A stretch of 63,859 nucleotides of DNA, counting the filler, from Olpidium bornovanus S191 (taxonomy: Eukaryota > Fungi > Olpidiomycota): assembly GCA_017911155.1 (NCBI GenBank). It is 29 parts of 29 records of this genome, joined end to end, with 100 filler letters (N's around TTAATTAATTAA, not from the genome) between each part and the next. Parts side by side here need not be neighbours in the genome. Positions count along the whole stretch, not along the records: positions 22,745 to 25,236 come from JAEFCI010003223.1; positions 25,337 to 28,532 come from JAEFCI010008648.1; positions 28,633 to 30,075 come from JAEFCI010012698.1; positions 30,176 to 31,350 come from JAEFCI010011035.1; positions 31,451 to 33,306 come from JAEFCI010012983.1; positions 33,407 to 34,424 come from JAEFCI010013052.1; positions 34,525 to 37,524 come from JAEFCI010011451.1; 22 more parts are not named here. One strand, written 5' to 3'. Position 1 is the first letter of the stretch, and every line of letters begins with the position of its first letter. The notes below the pieces were generated by a model. That model was not told the DNA's origin. It did not search any database and was given only the letters and a program-made list of their open reading frames with translations. This document shows, in pieces, positions 23,813-34,888 of the stretch. Made by a program: the position numbers and the translations under genes.

Positions 23813-25003
23813 ATGTAAGCAGCGTCAGAAACCAAGACAGTCCCGGAGAGGCGAGCTTCGACTGAGTTTGACGACCGACCGAGCTGGCGAACCGGCACCG
23901 CTGTGCTCAGCATTTCGGTCGTGGCGCTAATCTCTGCTTGGTCCCCCCCCCGGGGTTCCAGGGCAAACCGCACCGCTGTGGACGCAATAGCCGTCCACGG
24001 GACCAACCCGCAGTTCCTAATCGAGAAGATAATGCGCACGAGGATCTATGACTCCATGTACTGGAAAGAGGAGTGCTTTGGCCTCACTGGTGAGCGGACG
24101 CCTGCGCGACCAGACTTGTCGGAGAGGCGAACATCGCGGCGTCCGTCGTCCTGCCGCGTTTCGTGCGGCGTTAGTCACCTTCCCGCCTTTAGTGTTGGAG
24201 CGTGTTTCGCGCCCTTGACGGGGCATGGCAAGCTGTCGGGGGAAGCCAATCCCTCGTTCCCTCGTTCCTTCGCGCCGTCTGATAGGGGACTATCCCGTTT
24301 GCGAAATTCCTGCGAAGCGGAAAGTCTTATCGACAAAGCCGTGGCACTTACGGAAATCGGCGGCATGTACGGCAACCAGAAGCCGGTGAAGTTCCTCTGC
24401 CTCTTGCTGAAGCTGCTGCAACTGCAGCCGGGGAAGGACATAATATACCAGTACATCCTCAACGAGGACTACAAGTACGTTTTTCCGCCGTCGCCCGGCC
24501 GGCGTGCCCCTTTTTCGGAGGACGTCCAGTCAGCTGAGATTCACCCTGCGAGCTTTCAGGTATCTGCGCGCACTTGGAGCTTTTTATTTGAGACTGGTTG
24601 GGACGGCGCGGGAGACGTACGAGTACCTGGAGCCGCTCTACATCGACTACCGGAAACTCCGAAGACGGCTGCCCGGTGAGTTCGCTTCCAGGTGCAGCAG
24701 CGGCCAATGCACGGCACCGCGTGCGGCTTCGTGCGCGCCGGCCGGGCCTGTTCTAAACGAGACACCCTCAACCGGCGTCGCCGCACACTCCATCTTCCCG
24801 CAGACGGCAGCTGCGACATCCGCCATATGGACGAATTCATCGATGATCTCCTCCGCGAGGAACGCGTATGTGACACCATCCTCCCGCGGTTGACGAAACG
24901 GGAGGTGCTGGAGGAGACGGAGGACCTGCCTCCAAGGGTCAGCGTCCTCGAGGAGGAGGACGACGATGACGAGATCGAGGAGGGATCGAAACCGAAACAA
25001 TAA
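23813..25003 (+). CDS. PRP38: Pre-mRNA splicing factor PRP38 (PRPF38A ortholog), five exons, complete
   Basis: Spliced product MANRTAVDAIAVHGTNPQFLIEKIMRTRIYDSMYWKEECFGLTAESLIDKA...KFLCLLLKLLQLQP...YLRALGAFYLRL...YLEPLYIDYRKLR...HMDEFIDDLLREERVCDTILPRL closely matches PRPF38A. Stop TAA at 25001-25003. Confidence 0.95.
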
Positions 25004-25803
25004 TTGAAATAGGAGAGAGGCCGAGGGCCGTTCAGCCGTTTTTTTTTTTTGTTGTGATGTGGACGTCGGCCATCGTCTCTGTGTTTTGCGTAGTCGGCCA
25101 TCGCCTGACCGCCGCAGGACGGAGTTTTTCGGCGCGGCGGGAGGCGCGGCTCCTGCCCGTGTTAGGCGTTGCGTACACCCCATTCGCAACGGGCGGCTCG
25201 CCGGCGGCGTGGACGGGAAGCGGAAATAGCAACATGNNNNNNNNNNNNNNNNNNNNNNNNNNNNNNNNNNNNNNNNNNNNTTAATTAATTAANNNNNNNN
25301 NNNNNNNNNNNNNNNNNNNNNNNNNNNNNNNNNNNNCATGCCGGAAACGGTTTCACGCCCAAAACAAATAAAACTCTCGCGCGACGACGGAAGGCGGCCA
25401 AATCTGCGTTTCATTTCGCTTCCGGATCTGCTTCATATTCTATTTTTGAAATCCGCACGGGATTCTCGAAGAAATGGCACCGAGAAATGGGGCTCTGACT
25501 AAACAAAAATATGCAACACCAATTCTTGCAATATCACTGCAGATATAAATACTCGAACCTAAATTAAAAATTCACAGTCTGCAGGGGTAACCGTGGCGCT
25601 GTCTCGGTGGGAACAGAGTTCACCAAATGTGTGTGTGGTAAATACAAAACAATAAAACTTTCCGCCCGGACGCCACACTCCCTCTTCCTTTCCCCCCCTT
25701 AAGCACTTCCTCAACACTCTCGCTCGGTCCGGGCCCGCCGTGAAGTCGGCTTACCCAACTCACAGAAAAAAAAAGTGAACTCTTGTTTCTGCAGCAAGCA
25801 GCC

Positions 25804-28532
25804 ATGGACTTCTCGGATCTCTTCAAGGTCAGCAAAATCACACGTTGGCGGGTGACGGAGGGCGCCCATAATCATACTTTGGCGGTTGGCGGAGGGCGCC
25901 TGGCACCGGGCGCACGCGTGCATTTCACCCCCTCGCGGTGCCCAGCGCGGCCTGTGCGTCAAGACGGGCTTTTGCTTTTTTTGGGAAGTTCAGACGCGAC
26001 CCGGCAAAGCGCACACGCGCCCACGGGGTGCCTACAGTGGGGTCGGTGAGATTCACGGTGGAAGCGCGAAAGCATCCTGGCACGCACGGAGATTCGCGGG
26101 CTTTCTGGCTGCCGGTCGCCCTCCCCCTCCCCCCCGCTTACACTTCGGACTGATCTTACTTCGTCCGGGCTTTCGCGGCCAGCAGTTGTGGTGCGCAGGG
26201 TGCGACCTCCAAACTCAATTCTTTCGTTCTTTGTTTCTTATCCCCGCTAGCGTCCGGCAGCGCCAGTTGCCAAGTCCGGCGAAGGGAACAAGCGCAAACT
26301 TCCCGAGCACCCGGACGCCGTCTACGCCAAGGAGTCCCGGCACCAGACTTACGAAGAAATCACCGGGCGGGAAGATGTCTCTGACGTTGGAAGGCGTGCC
26401 AAAGCCGCGAGGACGGACGATGGTCTCGCCGCTGGCGACCCCGTTTCGCAGGAAGGGGAGGCCCCGAACTTCGGTGCGGATCAGGACGAGGAAGGCGGCC
26501 GGTTTTTCGGTGACGGCCTAACGGACCACCACCGCCGTATTCTTGAGCTGGTGGACGCGGCGGAAGAGCTGCAGGTGGGACGTGGATCCGCCGCACCGAG
26601 GGGAGAGGGCGGGAGGAAGGAGGCCGGGGCAAGGTGGGTGGGTCTATTCAACTCCGGAAGAGCTGGAGTTAATTTGCCCCGTGTTTATCACCCTGTGTTG
26701 ACAGACGGAGACACTGGATGTCCCCGGTGTCAAGCGCATGCTGCTACGATTCGAAAAGGCGTTGAGCAGGAACACCGAACTGCGTGTCAAGTATGCACAT
26801 GACCCGACAAAGTGAGTCGATCGTACTGGCAGTTGTTGCGTTTGTCTCGACGGTCTACCAAGCGCAGACTTAATGCCTATGTTGATGTTACTTTAGGTTC
26901 ATGGAGTCTGAAGCTGATCTGGATGAGGAAATAAAGGCCCTAATGTCGCTCACTCAAGCGCCGCAGCACTATCCAACTATTGTCCAGCTGAATTGCGATG
27001 CATCCATCGTGTCGCTCCTGAGTCACGAAAATACGGACATCGCCGTCGGGGCCGTGGAGGTACTTAAGGAGCTCACCGACGAGGACGTGCTTCCGGAAGA
27101 CGAGGAAGGGGAAAAGGCTGTCCGCGCCTTTGTGGACTCTTTGGTGGGGTCTCTGTGATTTCTTTTTATACTACTTTTGTGCTGGAGATCTGGCATTCTG
27201 TCGTTTTCGGAATCTGGCGCGCACTGGTCTCTGAAACCTTGCCAAAACCGAAGGTCAATAATCAAGTCCTTGTGCTCCTGGAGCAGAACATGCAGCGCCT
27301 GGATGAGAGTGTACCCGCCGACTACGAGGGTATTTTCAATTCACTAGGTATATACTCGTTACAAACTCGGATTGTGGAGGTTGAATCTAATTGCAGGTGT
27401 TTTAATTGGCGGTTTTTCAGGCGTGGTCGAAAATCTCACGTCTTTTGAGCCTAAGTTGGCTGAAACACTCGTCGAGCGAACGGAAATGTTGGCATGGCTT
27501 CTCCGACGAATGCAGGGAAAACCCTTTGACTCGAACAAGCAGTACGCAAGCGAGATACTTTCAATTTTATTGCAGACCAGCAGATGTACGTACAATTGTA
27601 TCATCACCGATGCATATATCATGCTAATAATACGTCAACGCTATGTGCAGCCAACAGATTGAAACTCCTGCACCTTGGCGGAATTGACATCCTCCTCCAG
27701 GTCCTGTTTGTGAGTCAAACGTTTTCGAGTCTTGCTGGGAGGCGAAAATTTGGGAGAACCAGTCGCTTATCTACAGATTAACAGCCTTACAGACGAAAAG
27801 ACCCGAACGACGATAATGAGGTCGAGTTTATGGAGAACCTGTTCGACGCTCTCTGCTCAGTACTTGGGGAACCCGAGGGCAAAGAACAGTTCGTGAAAGC
27901 GGAAGGCATCGAATTGATGCTTATCATGCTGAAGTGCGTCGCCTGCGGCTGTCTCCAAAAACGACAAGCCGCTTTTGCTGTGTTGTTTGTTTTCTTACGT
28001 CCGATTTTACATTCTTGGTGATGCACAGAGAGAAGAAGTTGAGTCGGATGAGGGCATTCAAGGTGTTGGATTTTGCTTGCAGTACAAGAGCGGGCGTGGC
28101 TTGTTGCGAGCGGCTAGTCGACTCTCTTGGCCTGAAGACCGTTTTTGCGGCGTTGATGGGGAAGGTCAGCTGGGTGTCCTTCAGTCAACGCATAATTGTA
28201 CTTTCTGGTAACCTACAATCTCATTATACCTTCACAGGGCGGCAAGAAGCTGAAAAAGGAGTACAAGTCATTTTCCGAGTCGGAGCAGGACGAGCACATA
28301 ATAGGGTTGGTGGGTTCGCTGCTGCGGAACTTGCCGCACAACTCCGAGAGGCGGCGGCGGCTCTTGGCCAAGTTCACGGAGAACGAACACGAGAAGGTTG
28401 ATCGCCTGCTGGAGCTGCGAGAGGCACTTTCGGCAAGGGTGGCGGACGCGGATCTCGCCATTGCCCGGCGCACCGCTGCTCAGGATGATGAGGCCGCCGA
28501 GGAGGCCGATTACCTTACACGCCTCGAACATG
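25804..28532 (+). CDS. CTNNBL1: Beta-catenin-like protein 1 (Prp19/CDC5L complex), multi-exon; 3' truncated
   Basis: DEEGGRFFGDG, KRMLLRFEKA...NTELRVKYAHDPTKFMESEADLD, LLSHENTDIA, NKQYASEILSILLQ, EFMENLFDALCS, GIELM, KFTENEHEKVDRLLEL. Confidence 0.95.
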
Positions 28533-28656
28533 NNNNNNNNNNNNNNNNNNNNNNNNNNNNNNNNNNNNNNNNNNNNTTAATTAATTAANNNNNNNNNNNN
28601 NNNNNNNNNNNNNNNNNNNNNNNNNNNNNNNNAGGTCAGGTGAATTCTCTCCCGTT

Positions 28657-30000
28657 TTAAACCACGGTCCCCTCGGCGAACCGCGCCGTTTCGACTCCTC
28701 CTCCTCGTCCTCCTTCTGCAGAGTCGTCGGCCGGCGGCTCGAAGCCGAGCATGCCGGTCACGAACGTTCGCAGGTCGAACGTGGCGGAGATGTTCCCCTC
28801 GAGCTTCGTGCCCTTGACCAGGCCCTCCAGCAAGCTGTCGAGCTCGCTGGCCGACATGGCCTCGCCGTACTGCTCCAGGAGTTCCGAGAGCGCCTTCCGC
28901 GAGTACAGCTCCGGGTTCTCTCTGTCCCGCGCGAAGCGGAGCGAGGCGGCGATGTCCTCTTCGGTCGGCGGGACGACCGGGCGGTGGTTCAGGTACACTG
29001 CGGGGAGCCCGCGGCGGCGGCGGCGGCGGCGGCGGGCAGTTACGAGGGGGGAGGGGGGCGGAGGGAAGGAGGGGCGGGCCGCGGCGTCCGCGGGCACGCG
29101 TTCGGGCGGAATCGGATGCCACGTGGCGAGATCCCCGGAATCCGCGAGGGGGGCAACGGGGGTGCGGCGGGGGGCGGGACGGAAGGTTAAAAAAAAAAAA
29201 GAAAGAGACATCCCGCGCGCGGGAAACCCCCCCCCCCCCCCCCCACCCAGCTCACGTCGGATCAGCTCGTCGAAAGTGACGGTCTCGACCTCTTCCACCG
29301 AGTTCGCCAGGTTCGTGAACCGGATCTCGTTGAGCATGTCGAAGGTCTCTCTCTGCGACGGGTAGAACCCGACGGCCTGCATTATGGGCGCGACCTGGTC
29401 GACGGTCAGCCGGTGGCCGATCCTGCGCTCCTCCGTGCTGTCTTCGCCCTGGACGCGCAGCTGCGCGTAGAAGAAGTGGTCTTCCATCTCGCGGTACGCC
29501 GCGCCTTCCCTGCCTCCCGGGCCCAGCATGTCCAGGAACGGCTCCATGCCCTCGCGCCCCAGGAGCGCCTGCGCCTCGAGGGCCCCCGTGTTCAGCTCCC
29601 AGCACTGCACCGTCGCGTCGTGCCGCCCGGCGGTGAGGAGGTACCTGCCGTCGTGCGTGCAGGCGATCGCGGAGATCTGGGTGGGAAGGGGGGGGGGGAT
29701 GCGTTACTTTTCCGTCAGGGCGCGGGCGCGGGGGAGGGGGGGGGGGGGGGGAAGGAAGGGCCCCGGTCCCGCGCGCGGAGCCGCGGGCTTGGTCGGGCGC
29801 AACTCACTTCGCCGGGATGCGCGATCAACCCCATCGCCTTGTGCGGGTTGCCGTCCAGCGGGAGCTTGACGAGCCCCGCGACCTTATCCTTCGACGCGTA
29901 CGCCAGGTACGACAGATCGCTCTTGGGGTCGGCCTTTGGCAGGACCTGCAGGCTGCGCGCGGGGCCGAGGAGGAGGTGCCGGCCGCGCGGCACCATGGCT
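28657..30000 (-). CDS. CFAP251: Cilia- and flagella-associated protein 251 (WDR66), C-terminal part; 5' truncated
   Basis: YLAYASKDKVAGLVKLPLDGNPHKAMGLIAHPGE|ISAIACTHDGRYLLTAG...EMEDHFFYAQLRVQG...IMQAVGFYPSQRETFDMLNEIRF...VYLNHRPV, with an EF-hand-like tail. Confidence 0.88.
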
Positions 30001-30175
30001 TTCTTTTCTCTTTCTGCGAAATGGCCATCAAGACTTTTGATAACGGCGCGCGGATCAGTCGCAAAAGACGTCTTANNNNNNNNNNNNNNNNNNNNNNNNN
30101 NNNNNNNNNNNNNNNNNNNTTAATTAATTAANNNNNNNNNNNNNNNNNNNNNNNNNNNNNNNNNNNNNNNNNNNN

Positions 30176-30218
<43 letters not shown>

Positions 30219-30269
30219 GCCGCCGGGAAACTACCGGCCCGGAGCGCGCCTTCCGGAAACGCAAAAACC

Positions 30270-31326
30270 ATGGGAATCTCAGGGCTGACGAAGGCAAGCC
30301 AGAAAGAAACGACAGGCAAAAAACAAAAAAAAGAATAAAAAAAGAAGAAGAAAGGACAACTGCAACGCCTTCTCCGTCCCGGGCCGTTGCCCGCTGTGGC
30401 GTGTTTTCGGGAATTCCCTCCCGTCCCGACACCTTCACCGCCCCAGCGCGCCTTCTCCGAACAGTCTCCTTACTTACGCAGTGGCTCGTTCGTTCGTTGA
30501 CGCGACCTACGCGCGTTGTCTGCCGGCACGGTGCCTAAGCAGGTGATCAGCGACGGCGCGCCGTCTGCAATCTTGAACAAGGAGATCAAGCACTACTTCG
30601 GCAGGAAGGTCGCTATTGATGCGTCCATGTCTATATACCAGTTTCTCATCGCCGGTCAGCACCGCGATTCCGTCCCTGGGGTCTACTCCGTTCTGTTTTT
30701 GACAGTGCAGCGGGCGCGGCGAGTTCCGGCGATACTGACAGCCTATGTGGTATCCTCGTGGGGCAGTCCGCCAGCAGGACGGTCAGGTACTCACGAACGA
30801 GGATGGCGCGATCACCAGGTTAGGACAAATTGAACTCCTGAGGGTCTACGCGGGCCGCCTGGCTTAGGCTGACGGACGGGCCCACGGGAAGCCACCTCAT
30901 GGGCCTGTTCTACCGCACGCTCCGCATGGTGGACAACGGGATTAAGCCAGTATATGTTTTCGATGGCAAGCCCCCTTCCCTCAAAACCGACGAGGTGACA
31001 TTTTCTTCGGCAACGCCGAGGACGCACGAGAGCCGTGGTGGTCGCTGACAAAGCCCCTCCGCGGTACGCAGCTTGCCAAACGGCTCGCAAAGCGAGACGA
31101 AGCCACGGCGGAGTTGGAGAAGGCAACCGAAACTGGTAAGTGCGTGCTGACCGAACCCACTAGCCCTCGAAGACTTTCTTTACCGTTCCGGATCTTACCC
31201 GCGTGGCGTGACACAGGGAACGTTGCCGACATGGACAAGTTCGGCCGCCGTACGGTGAAAGTTACCAAGGAGCACAACGACGAGTGCAAAAGGCTTCTCC
31301 GATATCTTGGGATCCCATACGTCGAG
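30270..31326 (+). CDS. FEN1: Flap endonuclease 1, N-terminal exons; 3' truncated
   Basis: MGISGLTK|[10 protein letters not shown]...[68 protein letters not shown]...[27 protein letters not shown]. Confidence 0.97.
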
Positions 31327-31450
31327 GTGTGTCAAGCGTAGTCAAGCGTANNNNNNNNNNNNNNNNNNNNNNNNNNNNNNNNNNNNNNNNNNNNTTAATT
31401 AATTAANNNNNNNNNNNNNNNNNNNNNNNNNNNNNNNNNNNNNNNNNNNN

Positions 31451-32942
31451 CATGGTCGCCACTTCTACCAGGATCGTCCTGGGGGACGCCACTCCGGGCT
31501 CCGAAGTCTTGTGGAGGGATTTTGAAACCTGGGAACCGGTGTTTGGGGACGTTCGCGACCTCATTGCCGAGTCACAGGGGCGCGTCGAGCTTGCCATCTC
31601 TGGCAACGCTTTCAGGGAACTGCTCAGGACGGGGATTATCCGGGATATCTTGCTTGGTACGCGGCGGTGACCCATTCCGCTCGTCATTGTGAAGGACTTC
31701 CAGTGTGCCGAACTCATTTTGCGAAACAAACTTGGCGGCCTTAGACACCCGGATTTTCGCGAGAATGGCGCCTGACGACAAGGTCACTAGTGTGAAGCTG
31801 CACATGGAGCGGGGCGTCACGGCGATGTGCGGGGACGGCGGCAACGACTGCGGTGCGCTTCGCGCCGCCCACGTCGGAATCGCTCTTTCTGAGGCGGAGG
31901 CGTCCATCGTGTCGCCGTTCAGTACCAGCAACCGGTCGATCTTTTCTTGTGTCGAGTTGCTGAAGCAGGGTCGCGCAGCGCTCGCTACCTCTTTTGCCGG
32001 GTACAAGTACCTCATGATGTACGGGGCCACGATGGCCTGGCTCGAACTCGTCCAGGTACGGACATGTTTTGGGGTTTCTGGGCAAATCCCGAGAACGAGG
32101 CTTACTTTTTTATTGTCTTTCGTTTAGTACTACTTCTCCGTCATTGCCTCTCAATGGCTCTGGATCATGTACGACGGTTTTGTCACAGTCGGCCTCAGCT
32201 TCGCTCTTACCCTTGCCAAGCCAGCGCCAAACCTGGCCCGCCTTCGCCCGACGGCCAGGTTGCTAGGCCCACAGACGTTGGCTTCGGCCATCGGACCGAT
32301 CTTTATCAACCTGGCGTTCTTCGTCGGCGCGGTGGCAATGCTGTTCCGAGAATCGTTCTTCAAGTGCCGCGAGTTCGACGCCGCGTCCATCAACACCGCA
32401 TATTGGTGGCTGCTCGGCGACAACTTCGAGGCAGAGGTGATCGGCCTGGTGGCACTCTTCCAGTTCATCAATTCGTCCATCCCCTTCTCCTTCGGCTACA
32501 GGTTCCGCGCCGCGTTCTACCGCAATTGGGTCCACTTGGCGATGTACACGGGGATGATGGGATTCGCCAGCTTCCTGGTGCTTGCGGGGCCCAACCGCCT
32601 GTCGTGTGTTTTCCGCGTCAACTGCGGGTCCGCAAAGTACCTCGAAGCCAACGGGTACGGTGGCGGGTGGGACGAGGCCGTCAACGGCGTGTACAACAAT
32701 CCTTGGGAGCACAATGTTCGTGCGGCTGCCTCCCTTTCACGTCTTCGGAGAAGACGCGCCGTTCACGGGTCGGCGAACGCCGAAGGCTGACGCCACCTTG
32801 CCTTTGCCGCCGCCGTTAGATCATGCCCGTAAACTTCCGGATCAAGCTATTCGTCTATATCCTGGCCAACTGCGCCGCCAACATTTTGTACGAGCGGTTC
32901 GTCGTCCTCGGCCGCTTCTTCGGTTGCTTCTCTCCGAAATAG
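31451..32942 (+). CDS. P5B-type ATPase (ATP13A/Ypk9-like), C-terminal part; 5' truncated
   Basis: IFARMAPDDK...MCGDGGNDCGALRAAHVGIALSEAEASIVSPFST...LKQGRAALATSFAGYKYL, followed by C-terminal TM helices. Stop at 32940-32942. Confidence 0.9.
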
Positions 32943-33406
32943 CGCCCTGGAAGCCGACTCAAAATTCGAAGGCCGAGTCGGGCCGGTTGCCAGATGCACC
33001 AAACTGTACCACACGGCCCGGCGCCCCAAATTTTCCGCGGCATATCTCCCCCCACTTCCCCCTCCTCCCCCCGGCGGGGCGATCTTTAAGAAAAAAAAAT
33101 TATTGCTAAATACTGACCGACCTTGTACACGATAACCGGCGTGATCACGTCAGTGATTCTTTTCCTCGACGCCTAATAGAGTGCGCTTTTGCTAGAAATT
33201 TTTTCTGGTTTCTCGCATAATGCACTTTAACATCACGGTTTCATAGATCCCACTGAGTGATGTCGTTTCCCACCCCCCCCCCCCCCCCCCCCACCCCCCC
33301 ACCACCNNNNNNNNNNNNNNNNNNNNNNNNNNNNNNNNNNNNNNNNNNNNTTAATTAATTAANNNNNNNNNNNNNNNNNNNNNNNNNNNNNNNNNNNNNN
33401 NNNNNN

Positions 33407-34311
33407 CATGCTGTCGGCGCGGCGGAGGAGGTCGTCGCCGCGAGGATCGCGACTCTGTCCTCGATCTCGTCCCCTGCGCGCACAATGTTCGCCTTCCCCG
33501 CTCCGTCATCCGTCTCCTTCTTCTTCTCCTCTTTGCCCTTGTCCTTGCCCCCTCGGCGTCCGCGCCTGCGGCCGCTGCGGCATTCAGCCGCGAAATGGCC
33601 CGGCTTCCCGCAGTTGAAACACTTGAACTTCTTCTTCTACTCATCGGTAGGCTTGCCTTTCTCCTTCTTCGATGCCAACGTGTTCTTGACGACGAGCGCT
33701 CCGTCGCCCGAAGATCCAGCACGACGACGCCGAGAGTCGGCTTCCCGAAGAATCGTTTCCTTAGGTGTGGGCACGGTCCAGGCCTTAGTGTCCGGATCAC
33801 GGCGGGTGCGACCCTCCAACGCGCCAATCGTCAGCTGGAACAGGTGTAGACTGCCCATGAGGAGAATATCACGGAGCTCGCGCTCCCAATCGCGTACGTT
33901 GTCTTCTCCCATGTCTTGGAAATGCCGAACCTGCTCCTTTGTCCGCAGGAGGAAGTGGTCGAAGGGCTCCGAGGCTTCCAATTTGCTGGCGTGCAAGGTG
34001 GCCTTGATGTTAAGCCTGGCGCTCGGCCCGACGTCCTCAAAATGCTTACGGAGCGTGTCCCAGGCTGCTCCCAAGCTCTGGCAACCATCCAAAAGGTGCT
34101 TGTAGAGGTCTGATACGTGTAGGTAGATTTCCCCAAAAGCCTTGCTGTCGAAGCGCACCCATTCACGCTGCGCGTGTGCGGGGCTGTTTACTGGACGGGG
34201 TTCATCTCCCATCACGACGAGCCAAAGGCCCTTCTGCAGGAGGACGGCCCGCATGTTTGCCTTCCATGAAGGCCAGTTCCTTTCGTCGAGGGGCGATCGT
34301 AAGGCGGGCAC
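33407..34311 (-). mobile_element. Ty1/copia gag (UBN2-type plus CCHC zinc knuckle) with one in-frame TAG; truncated by segment end
   Basis: LDERNWPSWKANMRAVLLQKGLWLVVMG...AWDTLRKHFE is the copia gag N-terminus. After TAG (33637-33639) the same frame continues KKKFKCFNCGKPGHFAAECR (CX2CX4HX4C). Confidence 0.92.
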
Positions 34312-34888
34312 CCCGCAGGACGGAAGTCACGGCGTCGGCGTTGGGCGCGGTGGTTCCGTAGCCTGTTACTTTTAGGTTTTCTACGTTTGGGCCGTAACGG
34401 AATCTCAGAAACGTGGAAAAAAAANNNNNNNNNNNNNNNNNNNNNNNNNNNNNNNNNNNNNNNNNNNNTTAATTAATTAANNNNNNNNNNNNNNNNNNNN
34501 NNNNNNNNNNNNNNNNNNNNNNNNCGCAATTTGGCGCAATCCCCAGACCAGCAAAGGCGCAATCCCCAGACCGCGGAGGGGGGTTTCCGATCAGCAGCGA
34601 AAGTGTCCAGCCTTGCTCCCTCATATAAATTACATTAGATACATGTGGAGGCGATGAGTTCTATGTGGGTTACTCGGACAGGCCTCGCAGTCCGTAGAGG
34701 GGAGAGGAGGAAGGGGGGGGGGAGGGGCGGTCCGGGTCTATATCACGGATGATGTCAAGGGTAAGGATAAGGCTGGCAACGCGCGGCCAGCTGCAGCGGG
34801 AAAAGAGAGGAGGTCCGGTCGGGACTCGCGATTAGGGGGGAGGGGGAGGGATGGAGGGGGACAGGGGGAAGAAGAAAAAAAACCGGTT

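Noticed and set aside
22745-28532. Two spliceosome genes (PRP38, CTNNBL1) adjacent, suggesting a splicing gene cluster
   Set aside because: They lie on different segments separated by an artificial linker, so adjacency is not evidence of linkage.
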